Origin: an uncultured Gammaproteobacteria bacterium
GTDB taxonomy: Bacteria > Patescibacteriota > Microgenomatia > UBA10105
DNA: 64,000 nt
Assembly (NCBI GenBank): GCA_964412165.1
Contig: CAYPMW010000003.1
Location: 10,338-74,337 of the forward strand
Reading direction: 5' to 3'
Within the stretch, counting starts at the first letter, position 1. Each line of letters starts with the position of its first letter. The translations under genes and the position numbers were made by a program. This document shows positions 48,388-57,910 of the stretch, piece by piece. The notes below the pieces were generated by a model. That model ran no database searches. It had not been told where the DNA came from and saw only the letters and a list, made by a program, of their open reading frames with translations.

Positions 48388-49383
48388 TTACATAAGAAGA
48401 CTAGTTCCAAAATTTGCTTCATACCGCCTGATAAATTCATCGAGTGTGAATGTATGTCTTTGGGTTCCGTAGTTTTCTACTGCATATGTAGCAGCAACAG
48501 ATCCCATCCTTCCACACACGGGAAGGGTAAGTCCTCTTAAAAAGCCTGCTAAAAATCCCGCTCGGTATGCGTCTCCCGCTCCAGTCGGATCAATGACCTC
48601 TTTTGGCGTAGCAGATGGAATCTCAAAGCGATCAGTGCGTGTCTCGATGAGAGAACCTTTACCAGCAAGTGTTGTGATAGTGATAGGCGCCATTGAAACT
48701 AAAAAGTCATGACTAACTCCCATCTTTCTTTCGATCAGCGCAATCTCATAATCGTTCCCAATAAGAAGTGCTGTTCCTCTGACTGCTTTCGCAAGTTCCT
48801 CTCCGGTAAAGTGATCTATCTGAAATGCAGGGTCATACATATAGGGAATACCCATAATCTGACATTCTGCCACATACCCAGCGATTGCCTCTGGTGAATT
48901 GGGAGCAATCACCACAAAGTGCGAAGATACTTGGGTTTTTTCACCTTCCACTTTCATTTTCGCGATCAATAAGGGCTCAAGTGTCAAATCATGATTATAT
49001 TTAGTGGCTCCTATGAAAAAGGCGCCAATCTGATTATCGTCTTTATCGGTGATGACGGTATAGACACCGGTACCTGTATCGGGGTAAACGCAAATGAATT
49101 CGGTAGTGATCCCATGATCATTTAAAAATTCGCGATATGGAGAAAAATCATTACCCGCTGCCGAAACAATCAAGGGATCAATATCCAGAAGTTTGAGTGT
49201 GTAAGCAATATTTCCTGCAGTTCCACCATGTTGCCGCTCCATCCGATCAACCAAAAATGATAAAGACAATGCATGGATTCTATCAGGCATGATTCGGTCG
49301 CTAAAAAGCCCGGGATAATCCATGATAACGTCAAATCCCAGGCTTCCCGTTACCCACACACGTCTTTCTTTCGCTTCAAGCAT
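48388..49383 (-). CDS. PfkB-family carbohydrate/nucleoside kinase (ribokinase superfamily)
   Basis: C-terminal ..DPTGAGDAYRAGFLAG.. anion-hole/catalytic-Asp motif. Confidence 0.8.
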   Translation of the reverse strand: MLEAKERRVWVTGSLGFDVIMDYPGLFSDRIMPDRIHALSLSFLVDRMERQHGGTAGNIAYTLKLLDIDPLIVSAAGNDFSPYREFLNDHGITTEFICVYPDTGTGVYTVITDKDDNQIGAFFIGATKYNHDLTLEPLLIAKMKVEGEKTQVSSHFVVIAPNSPEAIAGYVAECQIMGIPYMYDPAFQIDHFTGEELAKAVRGTALLIGNDYEIALIERKMGVSHDFLVSMAPITITTLAGKGSLIETRTDRFEIPSATPKEVIDPTGAGDAYRAGFLAGFLRGLTLPVCGRMGSVAATYAVENYGTQRHTFTLDEFIRRYEANFGTSLLM

Positions 49384-49394
49384 AATGCTTCAGG

Positions 49395-49667
49395 TTAGAC
49401 TCCCAAATCCATGCCTTTGGATATCTCAGCGAGCTTATTAGCGGCTGCTTGTTGAGATTGTTTGATGGCTTCATTAAGAAGATTAGTCAGTTCCTCAACG
49501 TCCTGACCGTCAATCTGTACCGTTTTCACTCGCTGGTTACCAGTAATTATGATTTTAATTCTTCCTCGTTCGACCACAAATTCCTGTGCTTCCAAATCAC
49601 TTTGGATTTGGGCTGCCTGCTGACGCATTTTATTTAAATCTCCTAGCATCTTAAACGGATTCTGCAT
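49395..49667 (-). CDS. ybaB: Nucleoid-associated protein YbaB/EbfC
   Basis: ..MLGDLNKMRQQAAQIQSDLE.. and ..VKTVQIDGQ.. match the YbaB family. Confidence 0.85.
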   Translation of the reverse strand: MQNPFKMLGDLNKMRQQAAQIQSDLEAQEFVVERGRIKIIITGNQRVKTVQIDGQDVEELTNLLNEAIKQSQQAAANKLAEISKGMDLGV

Positions 49668-49681
49668 TCAAGATCTCCTTT

Positions 49682-51028
49682 CTATGAACGTTCTTTGGTA
49701 AGTACCGCCACTTTCAAGTCCAACCCTACTAAACTTTTTAACCCTTTGACAAGTAGATCGTGAGCTTTAGTGTCACTTAAACGTTCAGCGTGAAATTTAT
49801 ATGCCGCTTCAATGTAAAGTATACCATTGTCCATACGTATCGGTCGGCAAGATCTGAGTATTCCCGCTAGTGAATGATTAAACGGCTTGAGATGTTCAAG
49901 TAGGGCTCCCCATTTATCAGTAATTTCGCTGACACTTTGGTCATTAAATTGATTTTTTTCCCGATTCTCTTCTGTTTTGATCGGCTCAGCTGGTGAACTT
50001 TCAGAAGTTTCATCATTAGTATATTCAACGAGGGCTATTTCAAATGGCAATACCTCGATCACGCTCACCTTCGACTGGGTAAACGCTTTTGTCAAAAGAG
50101 AGAGAATTTTAATAAGTTCATATTTTTTCCAACCACTATCTTTTGTCATTACTTCTCTCATCAGCTCTTCTTCAAGTGTTTGCAGAATATCGGTAAAAAA
50201 TACTTTCCAGTTTATTCCTTGTGATCCCAATTTTTTCATAAGCGCCATAAGCTCTTTAATCTTTTTGGCTTTGAGGTGTCGCAGAAACTCGTTTTTAAGG
50301 GATGATTCGGCACGACCAGTGTGGCGCTCGACATCGGCAGTAGTAATTTTTGGGTGGTGTACCACTAGTTCTTCAAGGAGCTTCGCTGCATCCCTGAAAG
50401 AGCCATCCGAGGTACGGGCAATTTCGGTTAGTGCTTCCTCCTCAATTTCTAACTTTTCGCTTTTGACAATCCGCGTGAGAGATTTTATGGTATCGGCAAC
50501 AGATGCTTTATGGAAATCAATCTGTACGCATCTCGAGATGATCGTCTCCGGGACTTTGTGAACTTCAGTAGTTGCAAGTATAAATACCGCGTGCTCGGGA
50601 GGTTCCTCAAGTGTCTTTAGAAGTGCATTAAATGCTTCGTTAGTTAACATATGCACCTCGTCGATTATATACACTTTGTATTTGAGTTCGAGCGGAGCAA
50701 GTTTTATTTTTTCCCGAATCTCCCGGATTTCATCAATCCCACGGTTTGAAGCTGCATCAATTTCGAGTACGTCCAGGTGCTCGCTTTTTCCGATCCTCAC
50801 ACAGATGTCACACGTACCGCAGGCTATTCCGGGCTGAGTGGTACTCGTGCAATTAAGTCCCTTCGCCATGATGCGAGCAGTGGAAGTTTTTCCAGTACCC
50901 TTTGAGCCGGTAAAAAGAAATGCATGCGGTATCTTTTCGTAGGTGAGATATTTTCTGACCTTTTCAGCCACGTTAGAATTATCAAGCTCATCAATAGTTT
51001 TTGGCCGATATTTAAGATAATAAACCAT
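49682..51028 (-). CDS. dnaX: DNA polymerase III subunit gamma/tau
   Basis: AAA+ P-loop GSKGTGKTSTARI, the Zn module CTSTTQPGIACGTCDIC and sensor motifs. Confidence 0.9.
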   Translation of the reverse strand: MVYYLKYRPKTIDELDNSNVAEKVRKYLTYEKIPHAFLFTGSKGTGKTSTARIMAKGLNCTSTTQPGIACGTCDICVRIGKSEHLDVLEIDAASNRGIDEIREIREKIKLAPLELKYKVYIIDEVHMLTNEAFNALLKTLEEPPEHAVFILATTEVHKVPETIISRCVQIDFHKASVADTIKSLTRIVKSEKLEIEEEALTEIARTSDGSFRDAAKLLEELVVHHPKITTADVERHTGRAESSLKNEFLRHLKAKKIKELMALMKKLGSQGINWKVFFTDILQTLEEELMREVMTKDSGWKKYELIKILSLLTKAFTQSKVSVIEVLPFEIALVEYTNDETSESSPAEPIKTEENREKNQFNDQSVSEITDKWGALLEHLKPFNHSLAGILRSCRPIRMDNGILYIEAAYKFHAERLSDTKAHDLLVKGLKSLVGLDLKVAVLTKERS

Positions 51029-51037
51029 ATAAATAAG

Positions 51038-51463
51038 TTACGAATTAAAATTGTGGTCTATTCCCATAAGGTGGTCAAGTCCGTGGACAATCAGCTGTTC
51101 AATCTTTTTATCAACCATTACATTTTCTTCCGCAGCCTCAAGAACCGCCTGTGGATACGAAACCACTACGTCACCAATTCTCAAGACCTTATCAGGCGAT
51201 GACCGGTCTGGTGAAAAACCCGCTGCGATGTCTTTATCAGAAGAAGTACTTGGATCATTAAGCGGAAAAGACAAGACGTCAGTAGTTGCATCTATTTCAC
51301 GATAGGTTTTGTTAAGTGTCTTCATTTTCCTGTCTCCGACAATGCTTATGCCTATTTCGATTGATCCTTTGAGTTTACTAGCCAAATAATTTGCCACAAA
51401 ATCCCTTATTTTTAGCCTGTCTGCGGGAAAACGTGATTCTTTGTAAATGAGTACGTGTATCAT
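51038..51463 (-). CDS. ybeY: rRNA maturation endoribonuclease YbeY
   Basis: Metal-binding HGLDHLMGIDH motif. Confidence 0.85.
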   Translation of the reverse strand: MIHVLIYKESRFPADRLKIRDFVANYLASKLKGSIEIGISIVGDRKMKTLNKTYREIDATTDVLSFPLNDPSTSSDKDIAAGFSPDRSSPDKVLRIGDVVVSYPQAVLEAAEENVMVDKKIEQLIVHGLDHLMGIDHNFNS

Positions 51464-51477
51464 GAGTTATAATGTGG

Positions 51478-51930
51478 TTAAGAAGGTCTTGACAAAACCG
51501 AACGCACAAGATTCTCTACCCGGTCGCCGCTTGCCCTGCCTTTGATTTCGCGCATTACTCGGCCCATCACTGGACCAACTGCAGTGGCACCACTATTTAC
51601 TACAGTTTGAATGATCGTTCGTATCTCATCATCCGAAAGTTCCTCTGGGATAAAAGTTAATAGGATTTGGAGTTCCTGGGTTTCTTTCTCAGCTAAATCC
51701 TTACGTCCACCCAGTTCAAACGCGAGTATGGATTCACGTCGCTCTTTTATTTGTTTACGGACAATGCGAATCACTTCTTCGTCAGACAAGACATTTTGTT
51801 TCTCGACAGGATAGGTATCAATCGCGTATTTAATTAAAGCCGCGAGTAAAAACCTCATTGTTTCCGTCCGAACTTTATCGCGAGATTTTAGTGATTTGGT
51901 TACATCCAGTTTGATTTGATTAAATAACAT
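51478..51930 (-). CDS. yqeY: GatB/YqeY-domain protein
   Basis: The whole length matches the YqeY pattern (..ETMRFLLAALIKYAIDT..). Confidence 0.75.
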   Translation of the reverse strand: MLFNQIKLDVTKSLKSRDKVRTETMRFLLAALIKYAIDTYPVEKQNVLSDEEVIRIVRKQIKERRESILAFELGGRKDLAEKETQELQILLTFIPEELSDDEIRTIIQTVVNSGATAVGPVMGRVMREIKGRASGDRVENLVRSVLSRPS

Positions 51931-51962
51931 AGCTTACCGTTTTCTGAAATTTACGGTTTTTA

Positions 51963-52151
51963 TCAATACGTCCGGCGGTAACTTTTTTTGCGTCTCAGCA
52001 TTTTGGCTTTCTCTTTACGGACCTCAGCTGGTTTTTGGTAAAACTCACGTTTTTTCAAATCCTGCAAAATGCCTTCAGCCAAGACTTTTTTAGAAAATTT
52101 TCGAATGAGCGAATCAGACGTATCGCCCGGTTGTGATTTGACTACGATCAT
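51963..52151 (-). CDS. rpsU: 30S ribosomal protein S21
   Basis: ..SLIRKFSKKVLAEGILQDLKKREFYQKPAEVRKEK.. S21 core. Confidence 0.85.
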   Translation of the reverse strand: MIVVKSQPGDTSDSLIRKFSKKVLAEGILQDLKKREFYQKPAEVRKEKAKMLRRKKSYRRTY

Positions 52152-52154
52152 GTA

Positions 52155-52565
52155 TCACAAAACACCTCCTCCCTGAAGTGCGTCTCTTAAAAGAGCCGCA
52201 GTTGCGGCAAGATTTTCTCCATTGGAAAACTCTTTCCGCCTTTCACTCAGGCGCAGTTCAAGTCGGTATTGCGGGACGATCCATAAATGCGCATGCTTGA
52301 TCTCGTGCCCAAAGGTGGCAATCGTCATATGTTCTGCACCTAGTATCGGTATTATAGCACGGATTATCTTTTGGGCGGTAGTAAAGAAACTGCCCATGTC
52401 AGGTAGATCGTATATCCACCGGACATGGGTTTTGGGCACTAATTGCAGGTGCCCACGAGTTTGGGGATACTTATCTAAGAACGCGATAGTTTGATCATCC
52501 TCATATATTATATATGCAGGTTGTTGTCGCCTGATAATGAGACAAAAAACACAGTCAGTGATCAT
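52155..52565 (-). CDS. HIT-family (histidine triad) hydrolase
   Basis: H-x-H-x-H-x-x motif in ..HEIKHAHLWIVP.. and an N-terminal CxxC-less HIT fold. Confidence 0.75.
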   Translation of the reverse strand: MITDCVFCLIIRRQQPAYIIYEDDQTIAFLDKYPQTRGHLQLVPKTHVRWIYDLPDMGSFFTTAQKIIRAIIPILGAEHMTIATFGHEIKHAHLWIVPQYRLELRLSERRKEFSNGENLAATAALLRDALQGGGVL

Positions 52566-53062
52566 AATTTGTATCCGAATTGTCGTAGTATCTCTTTACG
52601 CTTGATAGTATCATCTTTATTTTCCAGCCGAGTTGGAGCACCTCCATCTACCACACCAAGGACTGCCCCACCTTGTTTAGTGCGAGCAACAACTACTTCA
52701 ACCGGATTTGCTGTGGCGCAGAATATCCGTACCACCTCAGGTACCATTTTTATTGCATTCAAAACGTTGATTGGGAAAGCGTTTTCAAGAAAGATGAAGA
52801 ATATATGCCCGCACCCGACTGTCTTGGCGTTTTTTACAGCCAGTTCTACCATTTGCTCACTCGTTCCTGAGGAGCGAATAAGTCGTGGCCCAGATGCTTC
52901 GCAAAATGCGAAGCCAAACTTGATTCCTGGCACAGTATTAACCAAAGTCTCGTGAATATCCTCAACTGTTTTGATGAAATGAGACTGGCCGAAAATGAAA
53001 TTAAGAGCCTGGGGATTCTCTAATTTAACTATCTCGAGTTGAACTTTAATTTTTTTAGGCAT
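52562..53062 (-). CDS. Conserved hypothetical protein, possibly of the adenosine-specific kinase family (PF04008-like)
   Basis: ..GQSHFIKTVEDIHE..PGIKFGFAFCEASGPRLIRSSG..PINVLNAIKMVPEV..ANPVEVVVAR.. resembles that family as remembered; not verified. Confidence 0.4.
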   Translation of the reverse strand: MPKKIKVQLEIVKLENPQALNFIFGQSHFIKTVEDIHETLVNTVPGIKFGFAFCEASGPRLIRSSGTSEQMVELAVKNAKTVGCGHIFFIFLENAFPINVLNAIKMVPEVVRIFCATANPVEVVVARTKQGGAVLGVVDGGAPTRLENKDDTIKRKEILRQFGYKL

Positions 53063-53169
53063 TTTAATAATGTGATTTACGATTTATTGGTGGATATCAT
53101 TCATAAATCTTATAGCCTGTTTTTCCTTTGAATGGTAAGTTTTCCAACAGTTTCTTAAATCAACAATCT

Positions 53170-54012
53170 TCATTCTTTTTTAAGTACTTCAATTATCTCA
53201 TTTAGCGTCAATTTGGTTGGCCGCATATCGGGATTCTTAGTGGTACCATTCAGTAGTATTTTTTTCGAAGAATGAAGAAACCAAGTCGCGTGCGGATCTT
53301 TTTGTTTCAACACCTCATAAGTAGAAGTGAAATCGACATCAGTACCCGGCATCCCTTTGATTCGTACATATCCCTTGTTCGGATCCTTTCTTACCACCAC
53401 CACGTAGCCTGATTTCGCCGCTACTTTAAGAACAGCATCATTAAGTGTTTCGCATCCAATACCTTTTCCCCAGACGGTCGTAAACTCTACTCCGTCCTTC
53501 TCAAGTATTGATTCTCCCCAGGCCACTTCTTGAAAAACCTTATAAAGCCCGTCGAGCATGACAAATCCAAACTCGGTGATTTTATCATCATTGTCAGGAA
53601 AGATATGTTTTAGACCATCGATAATATATACGGCACTAAAAAGGTGATAATCAGCCTTTGCGTCGGGTAGTGTTGCATCATGGAAATGGTCAAAGAAATT
53701 GGCTGTTTCTGCCATCCGGACAAGCGCCTCATTGTTCCATGAATTCTGTTGAGAGATGGTTTTATTGACGTAGTTATATGCTTTGATGGCAGCGCAAGTA
53801 AATTCGTTTGTCTGATGGTGATCAAGTACTCCAAATCCAGTGTCGACATGAAGAATAGCGGGGTCAGAATCTACCATTTCATTTCTGAGAGTTTGTCCAG
53901 CCGGTACATACGCAATACTCGCATCCTGCCAATTAGGGAGAAACCGTTTGATGATCCAGGCGGCGGTGATCGCGTCAAGATCAGGCGCGTGGTGTGTAAC
54001 GATCGTCTTCAT
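53170..54012 (-). CDS. DHH-family phosphoesterase (NrnA-like nanoRNase / pAp phosphatase)
   Basis: Motif I ..HHAPDLDAITAAW.. and motif III ..GFGVLDHHQT.. (DHH). Confidence 0.7.
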   Translation of the reverse strand: MKTIVTHHAPDLDAITAAWIIKRFLPNWQDASIAYVPAGQTLRNEMVDSDPAILHVDTGFGVLDHHQTNEFTCAAIKAYNYVNKTISQQNSWNNEALVRMAETANFFDHFHDATLPDAKADYHLFSAVYIIDGLKHIFPDNDDKITEFGFVMLDGLYKVFQEVAWGESILEKDGVEFTTVWGKGIGCETLNDAVLKVAAKSGYVVVVRKDPNKGYVRIKGMPGTDVDFTSTYEVLKQKDPHATWFLHSSKKILLNGTTKNPDMRPTKLTLNEIIEVLKKE

Positions 54013-54176
54013 GGATGCAGTATACTTTGGAAAAGTCTAATTTTCAATGAAGCAACGTATTCTACTTTAGCTTATCCCCACGGTGCTTGCCCACCATTCT
54101 CTCCTTCAGCTTAAAAAAAGGTAACTCCAGTAACCCACATACTGTATAACTGATTGCTGGCCACGACTATAACTGG

Positions 54177-55859
54177 TTATTGTAAAAGTTCAATTACTTT
54201 ATGCACGTCAATGAGTGTACTTTCTTTTTTCAATCGGTATTTTAGTTCTATTTGTTCTGCAGTCTTTTCAGATACTACGAGTCGCACCGGAATACCAATT
54301 AGGTCTGCATCTTTAAATTTGACTCCGGCAGATACCTCGCGACGATCATCCCATAACACCTCTATTCCGTTCTTGGTTAATAGTTTATATACTTCATCCG
54401 CTCGCGCCTCACTGCCTGCAAGAGAGATAAGGTGCACCTGGAAAGGCGCCACTTCCCTTGGCCATACAATCCCCTTTTCATCATGATGCTTCTCAACAAT
54501 AGCTGACATGGTTCGGGCAATCCCAATCCCGTAACACCCCATATAGTAAGGTTTTTCTTTGCCATCAGCATCAATATATACCGCGCCTTTCATTTTACTC
54601 GTGTAATGATACCCCAGCTGAAAAATATTTCCTACCTCAATTCCCCGTTTTTCAATCAACCGTTGTCCATTTTCCGCAGTAAATGAATCCTCAGCCATAG
54701 CGATATCAACTAGTTTTTGACAGGTAAAATCACGTCCATAATTTACATTGAATGAATCAGTCGTATCTTCCTTCTGTCCGCCAATAAAATTGTTTACAGA
54801 GGTTAAGGACAAGTCACCGATATAATAAGCATTTTCGTGTCCCCATGAGTGTACATAACCGCTTTTTGTACCCAATTTAACTAAGTCCGCGTCAGTTCCA
54901 TCTTCAAGTTGTCCAACTGCATCAAGAACGAGTTCCAATTTTATTTTATTCACCTCTAAATCACCCCGAATTACCACAATAATAATTTGTTTAGTAGACC
55001 TGTTTTTATAAACCACATTTTTTAAAAATCTTGATTTTGGTAACTTATAATGTTTAGAGAATTCCTCCATCGTTTGTACCCATTTAGGCTGATTTACGAT
55101 TTTAAAGTCTTGAATCGGTTCGCCGGGGTTTACTTTGGTTCTAACAAATTTTGCTACATCTTCATGAGCGACGTAACTACCGTCTTTTGTTGTAAAAAAC
55201 CTGCCCTCGCCAATTTCAGATTCAACCTGAAATTCATGGCAATAGTCGCCACCAATATAGCCGTTGTCAGATTCAACCTTATATGTATCAAGACCTAATC
55301 GATTAAATATATCTCTATATGTCTTGGCCATTTGCTCATACACGAGCTTAAATTCTGTCTCATTGCGGTCAAAAGAATACGCATCTTTCATGACAAATTC
55401 ACGCAGTCTCAAGAGTCCTCCCCGAGGCCTCTTCTCGTCACGGAATTTGGTGGAAAATTGGTACACGTTAAACGGCAGTTCCCGATAACTTAGTTTTGTT
55501 TTGCGTACTAAATCAACAAACATTTCTTCAGCTGTACCTCCCAAAGCAAACTCAAAACCTGCATGGTCTTTGAGGGATAAAAGTTCAAAACCGGTAGAAT
55601 TGGTTCTATTGGTCTCCTGCCATAATTCTAAAGGATGAAGGGTAGGCGCGATCATCTCCTGCGCACCTGTCTTGTCCATTTCATCCTTAATAATTTTTTT
55701 GATTTTTTCGTGCACCCTCCAACCTAAGGGCAGGAAATAATACCTACCAGAGGTTGATTCGGCGATAAACCCACCGCGAATAAGCAGCTGATGGCTGACA
55801 ATTTTTGAACCACTAACTTCACCGAATTTTGTTTTTCCGAAAAGTTTTGTGTATTTTAT
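54177..55859 (-). CDS. proS: Proline--tRNA ligase (bacterial type); the conserved N-terminus requires a non-AUG start (AUA at 55859), whereas the first AUG/GUG gives 55715
   Basis: Motif 2 ..LLRLREFVMKDAYSF.. and motif 3 ..GCYGIGIARTMSA.. identify the enzyme. The in-frame upstream codons encode ..VSHQLLIRGGFIAESTSGRYYFLPLGWRV.. (the conserved ProRS N-terminus). No ATG, GTG or TTG lies between the upstream TAA and that segment. A GGAGG precedes the ATA codon by 4 nt. Confidence 0.8.
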   Translation of the reverse strand: MKYTKLFGKTKFGEVSGSKIVSHQLLIRGGFIAESTSGRYYFLPLGWRVHEKIKKIIKDEMDKTGAQEMIAPTLHPLELWQETNRTNSTGFELLSLKDHAGFEFALGGTAEEMFVDLVRKTKLSYRELPFNVYQFSTKFRDEKRPRGGLLRLREFVMKDAYSFDRNETEFKLVYEQMAKTYRDIFNRLGLDTYKVESDNGYIGGDYCHEFQVESEIGEGRFFTTKDGSYVAHEDVAKFVRTKVNPGEPIQDFKIVNQPKWVQTMEEFSKHYKLPKSRFLKNVVYKNRSTKQIIIVVIRGDLEVNKIKLELVLDAVGQLEDGTDADLVKLGTKSGYVHSWGHENAYYIGDLSLTSVNNFIGGQKEDTTDSFNVNYGRDFTCQKLVDIAMAEDSFTAENGQRLIEKRGIEVGNIFQLGYHYTSKMKGAVYIDADGKEKPYYMGCYGIGIARTMSAIVEKHHDEKGIVWPREVAPFQVHLISLAGSEARADEVYKLLTKNGIEVLWDDRREVSAGVKFKDADLIGIPVRLVVSEKTAEQIELKYRLKKESTLIDVHKVIELLQ

Positions 55860-55952
55860 AGTTCCTCCTAATATATTATATTACGATCTTTTCCAGTTCT
55901 GCTTTCGTTACTCTCATGTCAATTATGGCAAAACCGTCGTTCGTAATCATTG

Positions 55953-56294
55953 TTAAAAATATTTTTTTGATATAGGATCTGAATAATCATGTTCTTTTCC
56001 CGTTATACCCAATTCATCAAATATACCTACCCGCAACTGTTGACATGGTAGTTGTTTAAATTTCGGATCGCGTTTTCCCTTCGAGCGCAATAACATCACT
56101 GCTTGACAATTTCTCATAATACCATCTACATCTTGTCTAACTGTATCTAACGCCGAAATCCCACCGCTTAAGTGCCCATTTAGTAAGCTTGACAAGCGTT
56201 CGTTTAATAATTGAATAAGAGCGCATGGTACAGGATCGATTATATAGCAACGCTCCCATTCAGCTTTACTCGGTTTACCTGTAATTCTTTCCAT
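55953..56294 (-). CDS. Hypothetical protein (113 aa)
   Basis: Intact ORF and the first gene of an island of unrecognisable ORFs. Confidence 0.4.
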   Translation of the reverse strand: MERITGKPSKAEWERCYIIDPVPCALIQLLNERLSSLLNGHLSGGISALDTVRQDVDGIMRNCQAVMLLRSKGKRDPKFKQLPCQQLRVGIFDELGITGKEHDYSDPISKKYF

Positions 56295-56384
56295 ATAAAA
56301 CCTACAAAAAAGTTCGTCCCCTTAATCCTCATCATTAGTGGTAGTAAAACTAGTCCACATTAAAATGTGTAGAGATAATTCCTA

Positions 56385-56560
56385 CCTTATCCCGGTAGCA
56401 TGCTCGCCGTTCCCGAGGACGTAGTCCCCGCGTCACGGTGTCGCAGCTACGGGATTGATCGGCTGGTAAATTCAGCTTCACTTCGTTCGCTTCATTAACC
56501 AACCATCAAAAAAGTCCTTCTCTCCAACCACTACTTTGGTTGAATCAAAGGACGTTACTG
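56385..56560. ncRNA. Candidate structured RNA of unknown class (GC-rich nested helices inside a 650-nt non-coding stretch)
   Basis: A long-range helix CCCGGTAGC(56391)...GCTACGGG(56453) encloses GGAC-GTA-GTCC and GCG-N9-CGC hairpins. A second domain is GTCCTT(56514)...AAGGAC(56553), enclosing CAACCA-N5-TGGTTG. No ORF of 60 aa or longer. No RNase P, tmRNA or SRP motifs were found by eye. Confidence 0.3.
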
Positions 56561-56834
56561 TATTATTCAAATAATCAAATTTTGCACTTTGATTTTTGAA
56601 TTTTACATTTTTAACGTGGTACCACCTTTATTCAGAAGCATAGTGGCTTAGTAACCAATTAACTAAACTTCTAAGCTCCTCTCGTTAATGCTATCACGGG
56701 CTTACCCGGTATACTCATCGTACACAGCTCGCTTGGCGGGAAACCAAACTCAAACGCTTTTATAAACTAAGATATTATATACCCATCTTACGCCGGTTTG
56801 CAACTTTTCTGTCAGGAAAACGTTTCCAAAGCGG

Positions 56835-56856
56835 ACCTGCCTGCCGGCAGGCAGGT
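56835..56856. repeat. Perfect 22-nt palindrome ACCTGCCTGCC|GGCAGGCAGGT
   Basis: Seen directly in the sequence. It lies ~95 nt downstream of the stop of the 56952..57791 minus-strand gene, with no U-tract on either strand. Confidence 0.5.
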
Positions 56857-56951
56857 TAGATGGGTGGATACTCGGAACAATTTGGAGTTGTGCAGGGTAT
56901 AAAACGAGTATCAACTAATTGCATGTGATTTGTGAGTTAGTGAGAATCTGG

Positions 56952-57791
56952 CTATTTCAGACGAACAAAATTTCTTCCGTAAACTCCTAAAAATGCCATT
57001 CCCCTTGCTATCCGATCAACCGCAACAGAAGGCACCAGGATAATTTCCGGTATGGTTCTTTTGACATACGCATCCCTATTCGAACTGAAAATTAATTTGC
57101 CTGCAGCTCGCAGTAGCGGGTTCGGCAGACTATCTAACGTTTCTTCATCGATATGACCGCCTTGATTAACCTTGACAATCAGATAATCTGAACCATTAAA
57201 AATGCTATTTATCAGGCAATATGTAGCCAAGGCTCCGATGACAGTTGAATAGGGCTCGGTGTACCCTGCGGTAAGTTTTTCACCCGCCTTAACTGCATAC
57301 GTAAGGTTTACAAATGTCGTAGCGTACGCCATAAGTAGTGGCAGAGTGTAATGGCCAGCATTAAGAAGTTTTTCTCGCAGCACCACCGAAGCCAACGCGC
57401 CCGATATCTCCCTGTTTAGTCTTCTGACAAAAGCTCCAGACGCATTTTGCTCGCTGCTTCTCGTAGAAATTTGTTCGAGAAGACCACCGTTTATGGTGAC
57501 TATCCACTGACCATGGTCAAAATTTAACGTAGAAAACCGATCTTCTCCCATTGATGTACCTGTTTGTTGGTGTGTAGGAGAAACGCCATAACGAGTGTTT
57601 TGAGGCAACGCAAGTTTCTGTTGGACAATTTTTATCGGATGGCGGATATCAGCAGTATCGACAAATCTTCTTGCGAGCTCGGTATCAAAATCCAAATCGC
57701 CACATCGTTTGCCTCGATACTCGAACGAAACCCGTACATCAGGCAACGCAAAAAGTTCTCCAGGTCTTAGTTCTACCGGCATATAAATCAA
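56952..57791 (-). CDS. Hypothetical protein (279 aa), GC-richer than the backbone
   Basis: Intact ORF with no recognisable motif. Confidence 0.45.
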   Translation of the reverse strand: MIYMPVELRPGELFALPDVRVSFEYRGKRCGDLDFDTELARRFVDTADIRHPIKIVQQKLALPQNTRYGVSPTHQQTGTSMGEDRFSTLNFDHGQWIVTINGGLLEQISTRSSEQNASGAFVRRLNREISGALASVVLREKLLNAGHYTLPLLMAYATTFVNLTYAVKAGEKLTAGYTEPYSTVIGALATYCLINSIFNGSDYLIVKVNQGGHIDEETLDSLPNPLLRAAGKLIFSSNRDAYVKRTIPEIILVPSVAVDRIARGMAFLGVYGRNFVRLK

Positions 57792-57910
57792 GTATTATAG
57801 GTATTTTTGAAGATATTTTCAATTTATTAAAATCATTGAATAAAATGTTATGGGATGATTATTATTGAGTATAGTAGCTTATAGTGCTATGATATAAACT
57901 AAATTGGAAT

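Noticed and set aside
56295-56951. tmRNA or RNase P RNA in the proS-rseP non-coding region
   Set aside because: The tmRNA GGUUCGAAUCC T-arm, acceptor-CCA end and a plausible ..ALAA tag frame are absent. The AAAGUCC occurrence is locally paired in a hairpin rather than forming P4. The region is left as an unclassified candidate.
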